From positions 1 through 36,114 of the IMG/VR virus record IMGVR_UViG_3300033406_000024: a DNA stretch of 36,114 bases; one strand, given 5' to 3'. Source of the DNA: a virus. Taxonomy: Duplodnaviria > Caudoviricetes. Shown piece after piece: positions 24,123-33,013 of this stretch (positions are counted from its first letter, which is position 1; each line of letters opens with the position of its first letter). The position numbers and the translations under genes were made by a program. The notes under the pieces are model-generated. The model saw only the letters and a list, made by a program, of their open reading frames with translations, was not told the DNA's origin and ran no database searches.

Positions 24123-24543
24123 AGAAGCAACAATGGATGATGTTCGTAATTACAAGATGCGTGATGATGACAAAGAAATGTATAGGCGCACTGGGAGCGA
24201 ACCCGCCGAAGGATTAGAGTGGTCATTCCATAACTCTGAGCATTGCTGGGTAGCGGAAGATAAAAACAAGATAATCTCAATAGCAGGCGTAGGCCGGAAC
24301 AGTATTGGCGGTACGATATGGATAATGTTTGCCGCTGATATTGAGGCATTGCCACTGTCATTCTTTAAAGAGTCTAAAAAGTATCTTAAATTTATGCTTG
24401 ATAAATACGGCTATTTAGAGAATTTCGCAGAAGTAAATAAATTCTTCGTTATTAAATGGGCCATGTCAATGGGGTTTACTATTGATAAGCCCTTTTCTAC
24501 TAAATACGGCACATTCTGTCGTGTACATATAGGAGGTGCTTAA
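24112..24543 (+). CDS. Internal virion protein A (T7 gp13-like, GNAT fold)
   Basis: Position after nozzle; LENF...IKW...GF motif. Confidence 0.75.
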   Translation: MEIREATMDDVRNYKMRDDDKEMYRRTGSEPAEGLEWSFHNSEHCWVAEDKNKIISIAGVGRNSIGGTIWIMFAADIEALPLSFFKESKKYLKFMLDKYGYLENFAEVNKFFVIKWAMSMGFTIDKPFSTKYGTFCRVHIGGA

Positions 24544-25044
24544 ATGTGTAACCTACAGCAATCGCAACAACTAAATCAAACGCCAATACCTAACATTTCG
24601 AGTGGAACTACAGTTTTAGACAATAATAGTTACCCTCTCGACTTTTCCAACAAGTACAACACACCACTAAAGCCAGAACAACAAGCGCAATATCAGCAAT
24701 GGGTTAGCAAGATAGCTGTTAAACGTGGGTTTGACCCTACAGAAATGGCTCGCGACTACGATATGCAAGGATATTTCTTAAAATACGGCGGCAAAGAGTC
24801 AGATCAAGCTAATGGACATTTTACTGATGAATTTAAAAAACCAAATCACCCTACTTTTTCAAACGAAAGCCAATATAGCGGCAAGGATGGTTACGCTGGT
24901 GGGAAGTGGGCAGATAATGGTGACGGTTCGTGGTCGTTCACTCCGTCTGCCGCTACGGTTAAAATGTGGGGCAAAGATAGATTGAAGAAATATTGGGATA
25001 AGGCCGAACCGGGGAACAAATTAAACCTGCCGGAAGGGGACTAA
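24544..25044 (+). CDS. Hypothetical protein inserted in ejection module
   Basis: MCNL start; DYDMQGY...GHFTDEFKKPNHPTFSNESQY motif. Confidence 0.8.
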   Translation: MCNLQQSQQLNQTPIPNISSGTTVLDNNSYPLDFSNKYNTPLKPEQQAQYQQWVSKIAVKRGFDPTEMARDYDMQGYFLKYGGKESDQANGHFTDEFKKPNHPTFSNESQYSGKDGYAGGKWADNGDGSWSFTPSAATVKMWGKDRLKKYWDKAEPGNKLNLPEGD

Positions 25045-25045
25045 A

Positions 25046-25621
25046 ATGTGCGATTTAGCAACAGCGGCGACTATTGGCTCAACACTATTACAAGGTAGCC
25101 AACAATCTAAGGCATATAGCCAACAAGCGCAGATAGCCAACCAAAATGCGATATTAGCGAACAACCAGGCAAACCAAGTGCAAGTAGCTAAACAGTCTGA
25201 AGAAGCGGCTATACAAGAGAAAAAGCGGCAGACAATTGGCACAGCAAGGGCCTCTCTAGCCGCTAATGGCTCAGATACTGGCATGGGCACAGGACTTGGC
25301 GCTATACAAGATATTGCCTATGGGGCGCAAAAAGATATTGATAACCTTAACTATAATGCGGCAGTAGACCAGAACAACTACAAGCAGGTATCTCAAAACT
25401 ATAAAAATCAAGCCAGCGTGTTAAACTCATATTCCTCTAATGCTATGACTGGTGCTGTTTTAGGCGCGGCAGCCTCTTATGGTTCTAGCCTATCACCGTA
25501 TAAAGCTTCATCAACCGCCAGTACAGGTACGGACTGGTCAAACCTTATGAATCCTAATGGTAGCGTGAAGAAAACCAACTATTGGGGCAACTACGACTGG
25601 TCTAAGAAGTGGGGGTATTAG
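25046..25621 (+). CDS. Ejection protein (T7 gp14-like)
   Basis: MC start, hydrophobic Ala-rich ends, GTARASLAANG motif, 191 aa. Confidence 0.8.
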   Translation: MCDLATAATIGSTLLQGSQQSKAYSQQAQIANQNAILANNQANQVQVAKQSEEAAIQEKKRQTIGTARASLAANGSDTGMGTGLGAIQDIAYGAQKDIDNLNYNAAVDQNNYKQVSQNYKNQASVLNSYSSNAMTGAVLGAAASYGSSLSPYKASSTASTGTDWSNLMNPNGSVKKTNYWGNYDWSKKWGY

Positions 25622-25622
25622 T

Positions 25623-27125
25623 ATGGCGGTAATACCTACTTGGCAACCAAGCGTACAAAAACAGGCTGGCAGTATGCAACCTGTAACAGCGCCTATGCAA
25701 GACATGGCCGCGCCTGTATTCGAAGGGCTAAATAAAGATATAGCGGCAATAAAAAAATATCAAGATGAGCAGGACAAATACGCTGTTTCTACTGCCTATA
25801 ATAATGCCCAACAGCAAATACAGCAGAACTTTTACGGGGATAATGGCGTGTTTACAAGGAAAGGTGCTAACGCTCTAGGGGCGGCGGCTACTGATACCAC
25901 CCCAGCAACCCCGGATGTTAACAGCCAAACTTCTAGCATGATGTCTCAGATTAGAGATAATGCAATGAAAGGACTTAGTACTAAACAGCAACAAATGTTA
26001 TCTGTGACGTTACAAGAACCTACCAATACCTATACAATGGCGGCGGCTAAGTACCAGCAACAACAACAGCAGGTGGCATGGAAAGAGAATTACGACTCAA
26101 CCAATTCTACGTTGTCTAACGGCTTTTCCACCAACATGCTAATGTCAGCCCAAATGCCTGATGCAGACACTAAACAACAATTTCAATCGGCTGCTGACCA
26201 AAATATTAGAGATATGGCGGCTAACATAACTATATACGGCAAGCAAATAGGTCTTACCGATGCTGAAATTAAAGCCAATATACAAAAAGTAACCAACAAT
26301 TCATTAAAGGATACGGCCTTAAATCTTATTACCGATGGTAATACCGATGCCGCTAAAGACCTTGTTGTATACTACCGAGATAAGATGGATGCTGATACTT
26401 ATTCAGCAATAGAAGCAAAGCTTCGCCCGGTATTGGTTAGGCAAGATGCTACGAGTATAACGCAATCATTGTTTAATAAGCATGGGATTGATGATGAAAA
26501 AGGCGCTTATGATGAGTTAACTCAGCTAAAAGGCAACAGTCCCGACTTTAATACATATTTAAGCAATTTTAGACAATTTTATACCGACCAGCAAAAATTC
26601 CAAAAACAATCCAGCGATAAAAACTATGAAAATGTTTTTAGGCAAGTTCTTAGCGCTGGAAGTGTTGCCGGGATGCAATCAGTTTTAGATAATTCAACAA
26701 ACCTCAAACCCAGCCAAATAGTTACTATACAAAACCATATTAATGCCGTTGATACCAGAAATAAACGAATTGCCAAAGGAACGGCTACTCCTATTGAAAA
26801 GTGGGCAGACAGATACGAAATTTCTGGTTTAGATAAAGACACTGAAACCATGAACGAGTATTACGAAAGGCTCAGCGGAATAAGCGATAACGGTGATAAA
26901 GAACTTACCCCAGCCCAACAAACAAAATATAATATGGCCTCAATAAGGCTTAACAAATATATGGCAATGAGAGGGCAACCTCAAGGACAACCAGAGCAAC
27001 CGCAACAGGCCGCTAACCCCGATGCAGAAAAATATGATCGGTTATTCAGAGCAATAAAAGCTAAATATCCTGATGCATTAGATTCGAATATTTACGCTTA
27101 TATGAAATATAAGCTCGGAGGTTAA
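25623..27125 (+). CDS. Ejection protein (T7 gp15-like)
   Basis: Helical Gln/Ala-rich; RKGANA motif; position. Confidence 0.75.
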   Translation: MAVIPTWQPSVQKQAGSMQPVTAPMQDMAAPVFEGLNKDIAAIKKYQDEQDKYAVSTAYNNAQQQIQQNFYGDNGVFTRKGANALGAAATDTTPATPDVNSQTSSMMSQIRDNAMKGLSTKQQQMLSVTLQEPTNTYTMAAAKYQQQQQQVAWKENYDSTNSTLSNGFSTNMLMSAQMPDADTKQQFQSAADQNIRDMAANITIYGKQIGLTDAEIKANIQKVTNNSLKDTALNLITDGNTDAAKDLVVYYRDKMDADTYSAIEAKLRPVLVRQDATSITQSLFNKHGIDDEKGAYDELTQLKGNSPDFNTYLSNFRQFYTDQQKFQKQSSDKNYENVFRQVLSAGSVAGMQSVLDNSTNLKPSQIVTIQNHINAVDTRNKRIAKGTATPIEKWADRYEISGLDKDTETMNEYYERLSGISDNGDKELTPAQQTKYNMASIRLNKYMAMRGQPQGQPEQPQQAANPDAEKYDRLFRAIKAKYPDALDSNIYAYMKYKLGG

Positions 27126-27129
27126 TAGT

Positions 27130-30100
27130 ATGGGTTTCTTTTTAGATTTAATGGAGCTTTTTTCAACCAATTCTCAAAAAGCAAATGAAGCAATTCACGC
27201 CAGCAACGAGTATGAATATAACAAGGTTTCTGAGGCGGCTAGTAACGCGGGCAAGGCGTTTATGGATGCAATTACTCCTGACGTTAAAAGCCCAGAAGAC
27301 GACTTTGTTGATGGTTTTGGCGACTTTGTCGATGGTTTTGGAGAATGGCAGTTCAAACAAGATCATCCCACGCTATCTGCCATAAAAGATTGGGGAAAGG
27401 GTATAGGGCAACAGTTTAATGACGCTAATCGTGTTGGAGTTCAAGCAGAAGGAAAAGTTGTTCAAGGTGTTGGCGATAGCCTGTATAACTATGGCGCTGG
27501 TGCAGTACAAGGATACCAAGAAGTTGCTAGAGAACAGAACGCCTTTGACGCTGTATCATTGTACGATTCTGCAACTGGTTCGTTTGTACCCAAAGAAGGG
27601 CACACCCAAGAAGAAGTAGATCAGGCAAGGGCTTTATTGGATAAAGCAAATTCTAACTTTAGAAATGAAACAGTATATCCCGGAATAATGGCGTTAGGCG
27701 TGGCGGCGGCTCCGTTTACTGCTGGCGGTTCATTAGCGGCAGAAGCGGCTTTTGGGTTGCAGACAGGTGAGGGAATCTATAAAGGAACAGAAAAGGCCGC
27801 TAATGAAGGGGCTGGCCCTATCGAAGCGTTAGGCCGTGGCGTAAAAAGTGTATGGCTTGACCCTTTTATGGAGGCTGTTAAAGACCCTGAACTAGGACAA
27901 AAGCTACAGCAAAATCCAGCGGCTACGCTTGCTAATCTAGCTATGGGAGGCTTGAACGTTGCAGTGCCATTTTTAGGAGCGTATGGAAAGCTTAGAGGCA
28001 AAACAGAAAAAGGTGCAGAAACAAAACCAGAAATACCACCACTGACTTCCGAATCCGAACAAAGTGTGGTAGATGGATTTGCCAGTTGGGATGGTAAAGA
28101 ACAGGTTGCGGCTACAAAATCAGCTAGTGATTTTACCAGTACTGGCGATTCTAATTTAGACAGTTATATAACAGAAGCATCGGAAACCTATAATGTTTCT
28201 CCAAAATTATTACGAGCAGTTATTGAACAAGAATCATCCTTTAATCCAGAAGCTGGCTCTAACGCTGGCGCCTATGGCTATATGCAGTTAATGCCAGATA
28301 CTGCCGAGTCATTAGGGGTTAATAGATTAGACCCAAGAGATAACGTTATGGGCGGTGCAAAATATTTAGCCGAACAACTAAAAAAGTTTGACGGTGATGT
28401 TGACTTAGCTTTAGCGGCATATAATGCAGGGCCAGAGGCTGTAAAAAAGTATGGTGGCGTTCCTCCTTATGAAGAAACCCAAAATTATATAAAAAGTATC
28501 CGCGAAAAATTAAACGGTGAAGATGTAGAAAGTTTTGGCCTTGAAAATTCGTCTACATCGGCAGAAAATGATGAAGCTAATGCAATTGCCTTAGATGGTG
28601 ATGAAAGCCAGCCAGAAACCGAATATGGAACCCTAGATAGATACGGCGAAGGTTCGGAAGAATATAGTCGAGTTAAAGAAGCAGACGAACGTATTCCCGA
28701 CGAATCGGAAGAAAAATCCTCGCCATTTAGCGGTGAGATAGGATTAGATGAAACACCAGAGCATATGGCCGCAATGAACGACACTAAAAAGGTACTTGAT
28801 AAAATAGAAGAAGATAATGCCAAGGCAGAAGCTAGCCCAGAATATCAAGAAAAGCTAAATAGTCATATTGAGGAAACTAGAAAAGCTATTGAAGAAGATA
28901 TAAATAGATCTCCTCTTTATAGTGCGAGCGATTCTCTTGATTTTAATTTGCAATTATTTGGCAAGGATGTTAAAGATGCAAAGGACATTGCTAGAAAATA
29001 TTTATCCGATGAATTAGACGATCGCCAAATGAACGCAGTTGACCAGATTGCAGATCAGCACGGCTACACCTCTGGTGACCACTTATCCAAAGATATTATT
29101 AAAAATAAATCTAAGGCCGAAAAGATTACCTCAGACTTAGAAAAGGCTACTAAAAAATTCGCTAAAGATAATTTAGGCAATGATGAAATAACTAATACCA
29201 AGGCAAGGTCAAACGCAGGTACAATGAAAGCCGCCGCAATGGAGGCAGAAACTTTGCGCGGTATGGGTAAAAGAGAACATACCGAAGCATCTAGGTCAAA
29301 AAGTGAAGCCGCTATAAATAAGCGTTGGGCTGATGCTGAAAAAGACTTAATGGTTAAAATGGAAAAGGCAAAAGGTCAGGAAGAAATCAATGGCCTTAAA
29401 TCGCAAATAAAAGAGTTGCAAAAACAACACAAAAAAGAAATTAGCGCCTTAAACAAAGACCATGCCGATTATGAAAAACAACGTAAGGCATCAGAGAAAC
29501 AAGCGGCTAAAGAGGAAAAGGTTGATTTAAAGCGTGAATGGAAAGCTTCTAAGGACTGGCTTAAATCCGAAGAAGTTAGTCAGAAATTAGCCAGAACCGC
29601 TGAAACTAGTATTACTCACGCTAAAGAATATGCCAAGGCCGTACTATCTGGCAAACCGATAAAAGATGCCATTGATTATAAAGTATATGCCAAGCAAGCC
29701 CAGGATGCGGCAAGGCAATCTGAAAAAGCCTATAGAAAAGGGCTATATGAAGAAGCCGCCAAATGGAAAGATACTGAAATGGTGAAACATGCTATGGCAA
29801 TTGAAGCTATGAACACATATAAATTCTTCTCTAAGCAGGAAAAATATTTAAGCGATGTCAAAGGCCAAAATAAAGATTTATTTAAAAAGGTAGACCACTT
29901 TAATCAAGCCGCCTCTTTATTGGAGAGGTTCGGCCTTGCGCGTAAAGATTTTGACCGCAAATCAAAAACAGAAAGTCTGCAAACCTGGTCAGAAAAAATG
30001 GATAATGAATTGGGAAATGTTAATATAGCTGATTGGTTAATGGATGAAGGAGTATCAGCCAATTATAAGGATTTGACTAGGTGGCAATTAAAAGACCTGA

Positions 30101-32610
30101 CCGATGCTATTAGAAATATTAAGAAAGTAGCCAATGGCGAAAAAAAATCGCTGGCTGCTGAAAAGGGCCGCTTAATTTCAGAAATAAAAGACGAAATGTT
30201 GAGCGAATTAAAAGCTAATGTTAAGGATTCATATAAACCAAAGCGTAAAAGCACAATAGAAAATGCGAAGCGCCAAATGAAAGGGCTTGCATATGAATTA
30301 GAAACTATTGATACCATCGTTCGTAAAATGCAGGGTTGGGATACCTTTGGCTCTTTTGAAAAGTTCTTTATTAGGCCAGCCCATGAACGTGCTAACATGG
30401 AGAGCGTTCGAGTTAAAGAAATTACCGATAAAATCAAAACAATATTTAGCCAGTACGATAAAAAAGAATTGAGCAAAATGGATAAGATGATATACCGTGA
30501 CGAAATAGGAATTTCATGTACTGACAAAGATTTAATTGGGATTGCACTAAATTACGGGAATAAGGGGAATCGGGCGAAACTAATTAATACTAGACCTGTA
30601 GACTTTACTGATGCTAAAAAATGGGACGAACAAACGGTTATAGACTTATTGCAGAACCATCTTACTGAGAAACAATGGAAAAGTGTTCAGCAAATAACAG
30701 ATACTATTAACTCTCTATGGCCTGACGTTGAAAAGTTTAACATTGAAAGTAGCGGTTTCTCTCCTGCCAAAGTTGAGTCTTCGCCGTATACTGTAACTAC
30801 CAAAGATGGTAAAACTATTGATATGGATGGTGGTTATTATCCACTACGCCAAGACCCACGGGGAACATTACAAGCCGCTCAATTAGCCGATAAACAGGGA
30901 CCGTTATACAGTGAATTTAATGGCGGGGTAAAAGCTACAACTAAGAACGGCTATACTAAACAACGTACTAATAAGGATTATTCAGTAGACCTCGACTTAT
31001 CGACTATAAACAAGCATGTAACCGAAGTAGTTCACGATTTGTATTTTAGAGATTTGGTTGCTGACTATAGAAGGATGATAAAGGACGAAGAATTTCAATC
31101 GTCAGTAAGAACTAAACTTGGGCCAGAAGGGTTAAAGGCACTAAGCGATTATGTTGTTAACGTAGCCAATGGCGAATCATATAAAAATGTTGGTATGTCC
31201 GGGTATGACAATGTAATGAACGGGGTTAGACGAAGGGCCGCTGCCGCTGCTATTGTAGGTAGGGTTGGTGTTATAACCCAAAACATGGCAAATATCGTGT
31301 TGTACCCTAAAGCAATTAAAGGGTTTGGCTATGGCGATGCAACATTAGGACTGTTAAAGCATGGACTATGTGACTATATACCTAAAGCATTGAGTTATTA
31401 TCCGGCAGCATTAAAGATCAGAAATAATGTTTATGAAATGTCGCCGTTTATGCGAGACAGGGCTAATAGCCCAGATTATGCAATTGTTAGGGCAGAAAAA
31501 GAGATTTTTAATAAACTTGGTGTCACTGGCAAGATCGGAGAGTTTTTGTCGGGGCTAATGACATATACAGATGATTTAATTGCTGTCCCTATGTGGAAAC
31601 AAGCATACCAAAAGGAATTTGCCCGGACTGCTGACCCAAAACAAGCTATATATTATGCTGATACTCTAATTAAAAGCGTTAACGGTTCCGGCCGGCAATT
31701 TGATTTATCACCATTTATGCGGAATAAAAACGGTTTTGCCCGTGTTCTAAACACTTTCTACGGTTTTATGAATGGTATGTACAATCGTTTTATCCAAGAA
31801 AAAGGAATGGTTGCAAAAAATCCACTAACTGGCTCGTCTAGATTTATGGGGTATATGGCAAGCACATTCGTAATATTCCCAGTAATAAGCGATATTCTAT
31901 CGGGCAAATTGCCTAAAGAAGATGAAGACAAAAATAAATACTGGGAAAGCGAAATTTTATCTTCGCCATTGCAACTATTCCCAGTTGTTAGAGACTTTGC
32001 ACCGATGGCACTTGATTATGCTATGGGGATAAAAACTTTTAGCAATAAAACTCCGCTGGTTTATACAGGGGTACAGGATGCTGCAAACATTGCAAAAAAG
32101 ATAGCAAGCGCTAACGCTACAAAACAAGATGTAGCAGAATCAACAACAAAAGCAGCTGCATATTTAGCAGGATACCCTGACCAGTTTAATGCTTGGTTTT
32201 GGAATCTATATGACTATGCAGAAAACGGCGCACAACCAAAGTCCCAAGATGTATTCAAACGTATAGATAAAAACGAAAATACTGCTACCGCACTGAAAAA
32301 ACATCTTCTTAAAGACTTAGATTCTGGCAATACTGCAAGCCTCGATGAAGCATTACACTCAGGCAAGATCAGTCGAGATAAATATGGTGAAATAAAGAAA
32401 GAATCCAAACTTAGCACGGCACAAAGAGAAGTAAAAAGCCTGCCAATTGACAAAGCCATTTCATATTACAAGAGTGCATCATCAGACGAACAAGCTAGCA
32501 TTAAACCTATGATTAGCAAGAAGATAAGGGAAAAGTTGCAGAATCCAACTTCACTAACTCCTGCACAAAAGGACAAATTAAAAGAACAAGCGGCTATATT
32601 TAACAAATAA
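27130..32610 (+). CDS. Large ejection protein (gp16-like) with SLT lytic transglycosylase domain
   Basis: 1826 aa; EQESSFNP...AGAYGYMQLMP...ALAAYNAGP...ETQNY at about 28150-28500. Confidence 0.88.
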   Translation: MGFFLDLMELFSTNSQKANEAIHASNEYEYNKVSEAASNAGKAFMDAITPDVKSPEDDFVDGFGDFVDGFGEWQFKQDHPTLSAIKDWGKGIGQQFNDANRVGVQAEGKVVQGVGDSLYNYGAGAVQGYQEVAREQNAFDAVSLYDSATGSFVPKEGHTQEEVDQARALLDKANSNFRNETVYPGIMALGVAAAPFTAGGSLAAEAAFGLQTGEGIYKGTEKAANEGAGPIEALGRGVKSVWLDPFMEAVKDPELGQKLQQNPAATLANLAMGGLNVAVPFLGAYGKLRGKTEKGAETKPEIPPLTSESEQSVVDGFASWDGKEQVAATKSASDFTSTGDSNLDSYITEASETYNVSPKLLRAVIEQESSFNPEAGSNAGAYGYMQLMPDTAESLGVNRLDPRDNVMGGAKYLAEQLKKFDGDVDLALAAYNAGPEAVKKYGGVPPYEETQNYIKSIREKLNGEDVESFGLENSSTSAENDEANAIALDGDESQPETEYGTLDRYGEGSEEYSRVKEADERIPDESEEKSSPFSGEIGLDETPEHMAAMNDTKKVLDKIEEDNAKAEASPEYQEKLNSHIEETRKAIEEDINRSPLYSASDSLDFNLQLFGKDVKDAKDIARKYLSDELDDRQMNAVDQIADQHGYTSGDHLSKDIIKNKSKAEKITSDLEKATKKFAKDNLGNDEITNTKARSNAGTMKAAAMEAETLRGMGKREHTEASRSKSEAAINKRWADAEKDLMVKMEKAKGQEEINGLKSQIKELQKQHKKEISALNKDHADYEKQRKASEKQAAKEEKVDLKREWKASKDWLKSEEVSQKLARTAETSITHAKEYAKAVLSGKPIKDAIDYKVYAKQAQDAARQSEKAYRKGLYEEAAKWKDTEMVKHAMAIEAMNTYKFFSKQEKYLSDVKGQNKDLFKKVDHFNQAASLLERFGLARKDFDRKSKTESLQTWSEKMDNELGNVNIADWLMDEGVSANYKDLTRWQLKDLTDAIRNIKKVANGEKKSLAAEKGRLISEIKDEMLSELKANVKDSYKPKRKSTIENAKRQMKGLAYELETIDTIVRKMQGWDTFGSFEKFFIRPAHERANMESVRVKEITDKIKTIFSQYDKKELSKMDKMIYRDEIGISCTDKDLIGIALNYGNKGNRAKLINTRPVDFTDAKKWDEQTVIDLLQNHLTEKQWKSVQQITDTINSLWPDVEKFNIESSGFSPAKVESSPYTVTTKDGKTIDMDGGYYPLRQDPRGTLQAAQLADKQGPLYSEFNGGVKATTKNGYTKQRTNKDYSVDLDLSTINKHVTEVVHDLYFRDLVADYRRMIKDEEFQSSVRTKLGPEGLKALSDYVVNVANGESYKNVGMSGYDNVMNGVRRRAAAAAIVGRVGVITQNMANIVLYPKAIKGFGYGDATLGLLKHGLCDYIPKALSYYPAALKIRNNVYEMSPFMRDRANSPDYAIVRAEKEIFNKLGVTGKIGEFLSGLMTYTDDLIAVPMWKQAYQKEFARTADPKQAIYYADTLIKSVNGSGRQFDLSPFMRNKNGFARVLNTFYGFMNGMYNRFIQEKGMVAKNPLTGSSRFMGYMASTFVIFPVISDILSGKLPKEDEDKNKYWESEILSSPLQLFPVVRDFAPMALDYAMGIKTFSNKTPLVYTGVQDAANIAKKIASANATKQDVAESTTKAAAYLAGYPDQFNAWFWNLYDYAENGAQPKSQDVFKRIDKNENTATALKKHLLKDLDSGNTASLDEALHSGKISRDKYGEIKKESKLSTAQREVKSLPIDKAISYYKSASSDEQASIKPMISKKIREKLQNPTSLTPAQKDKLKEQAAIFNK

Positions 32611-32617
32611 AGATACC

Positions 32618-32651
32618 AAAGGACATTACATTGCGTAGTGTCCTTTTTATT
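32618..32651 (+). terminator. Rho-independent terminator
   Basis: AAAGGACATTAC-ATTGC-GTAGTGTCCTTT then TTATT. Confidence 0.8.
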
Positions 32652-32673
32652 ATGCCCGAAAGGAGGTGCATAT

Positions 32674-33009
32674 ATGGATGCGGCATACACAGAAGACCTG
32701 CCAAACATCATCAGGGGTACGCAATACGATTTCACATTCACCATCTATCTAAATGATTCGTTGCTAGATTTGACCGATTACACAGCAACCTTCTTGATAA
32801 AAGAATCATCAGATTCTGATACAGCGCTAATGACTCTGACAAGTGGTAGCGGCCTGACTCTTGGCGGTACAGCCGGAACAATTGAGGTAACAATTTCAGC
32901 CACAGAGACTTCAACCCTGGACGTAGGAACATCCTACAGTGCTCTAACCCTGACCACGAATAGCGTACCAGAAAGGCACGTGGAAGGGCCAATAAAAATT
33001 AGGAGGTAA
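32674..33009 (+). CDS. Tail-fibre attachment/adaptor-like beta protein
   Basis: I.RG...F......DLT.Y.A...K...G.I.VTISATET...L pattern; AGGAGGTG RBS. Confidence 0.65.
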   Translation: MDAAYTEDLPNIIRGTQYDFTFTIYLNDSLLDLTDYTATFLIKESSDSDTALMTLTSGSGLTLGGTAGTIEVTISATETSTLDVGTSYSALTLTTNSVPERHVEGPIKIRR

Positions 33010-33013
33010 ATAC

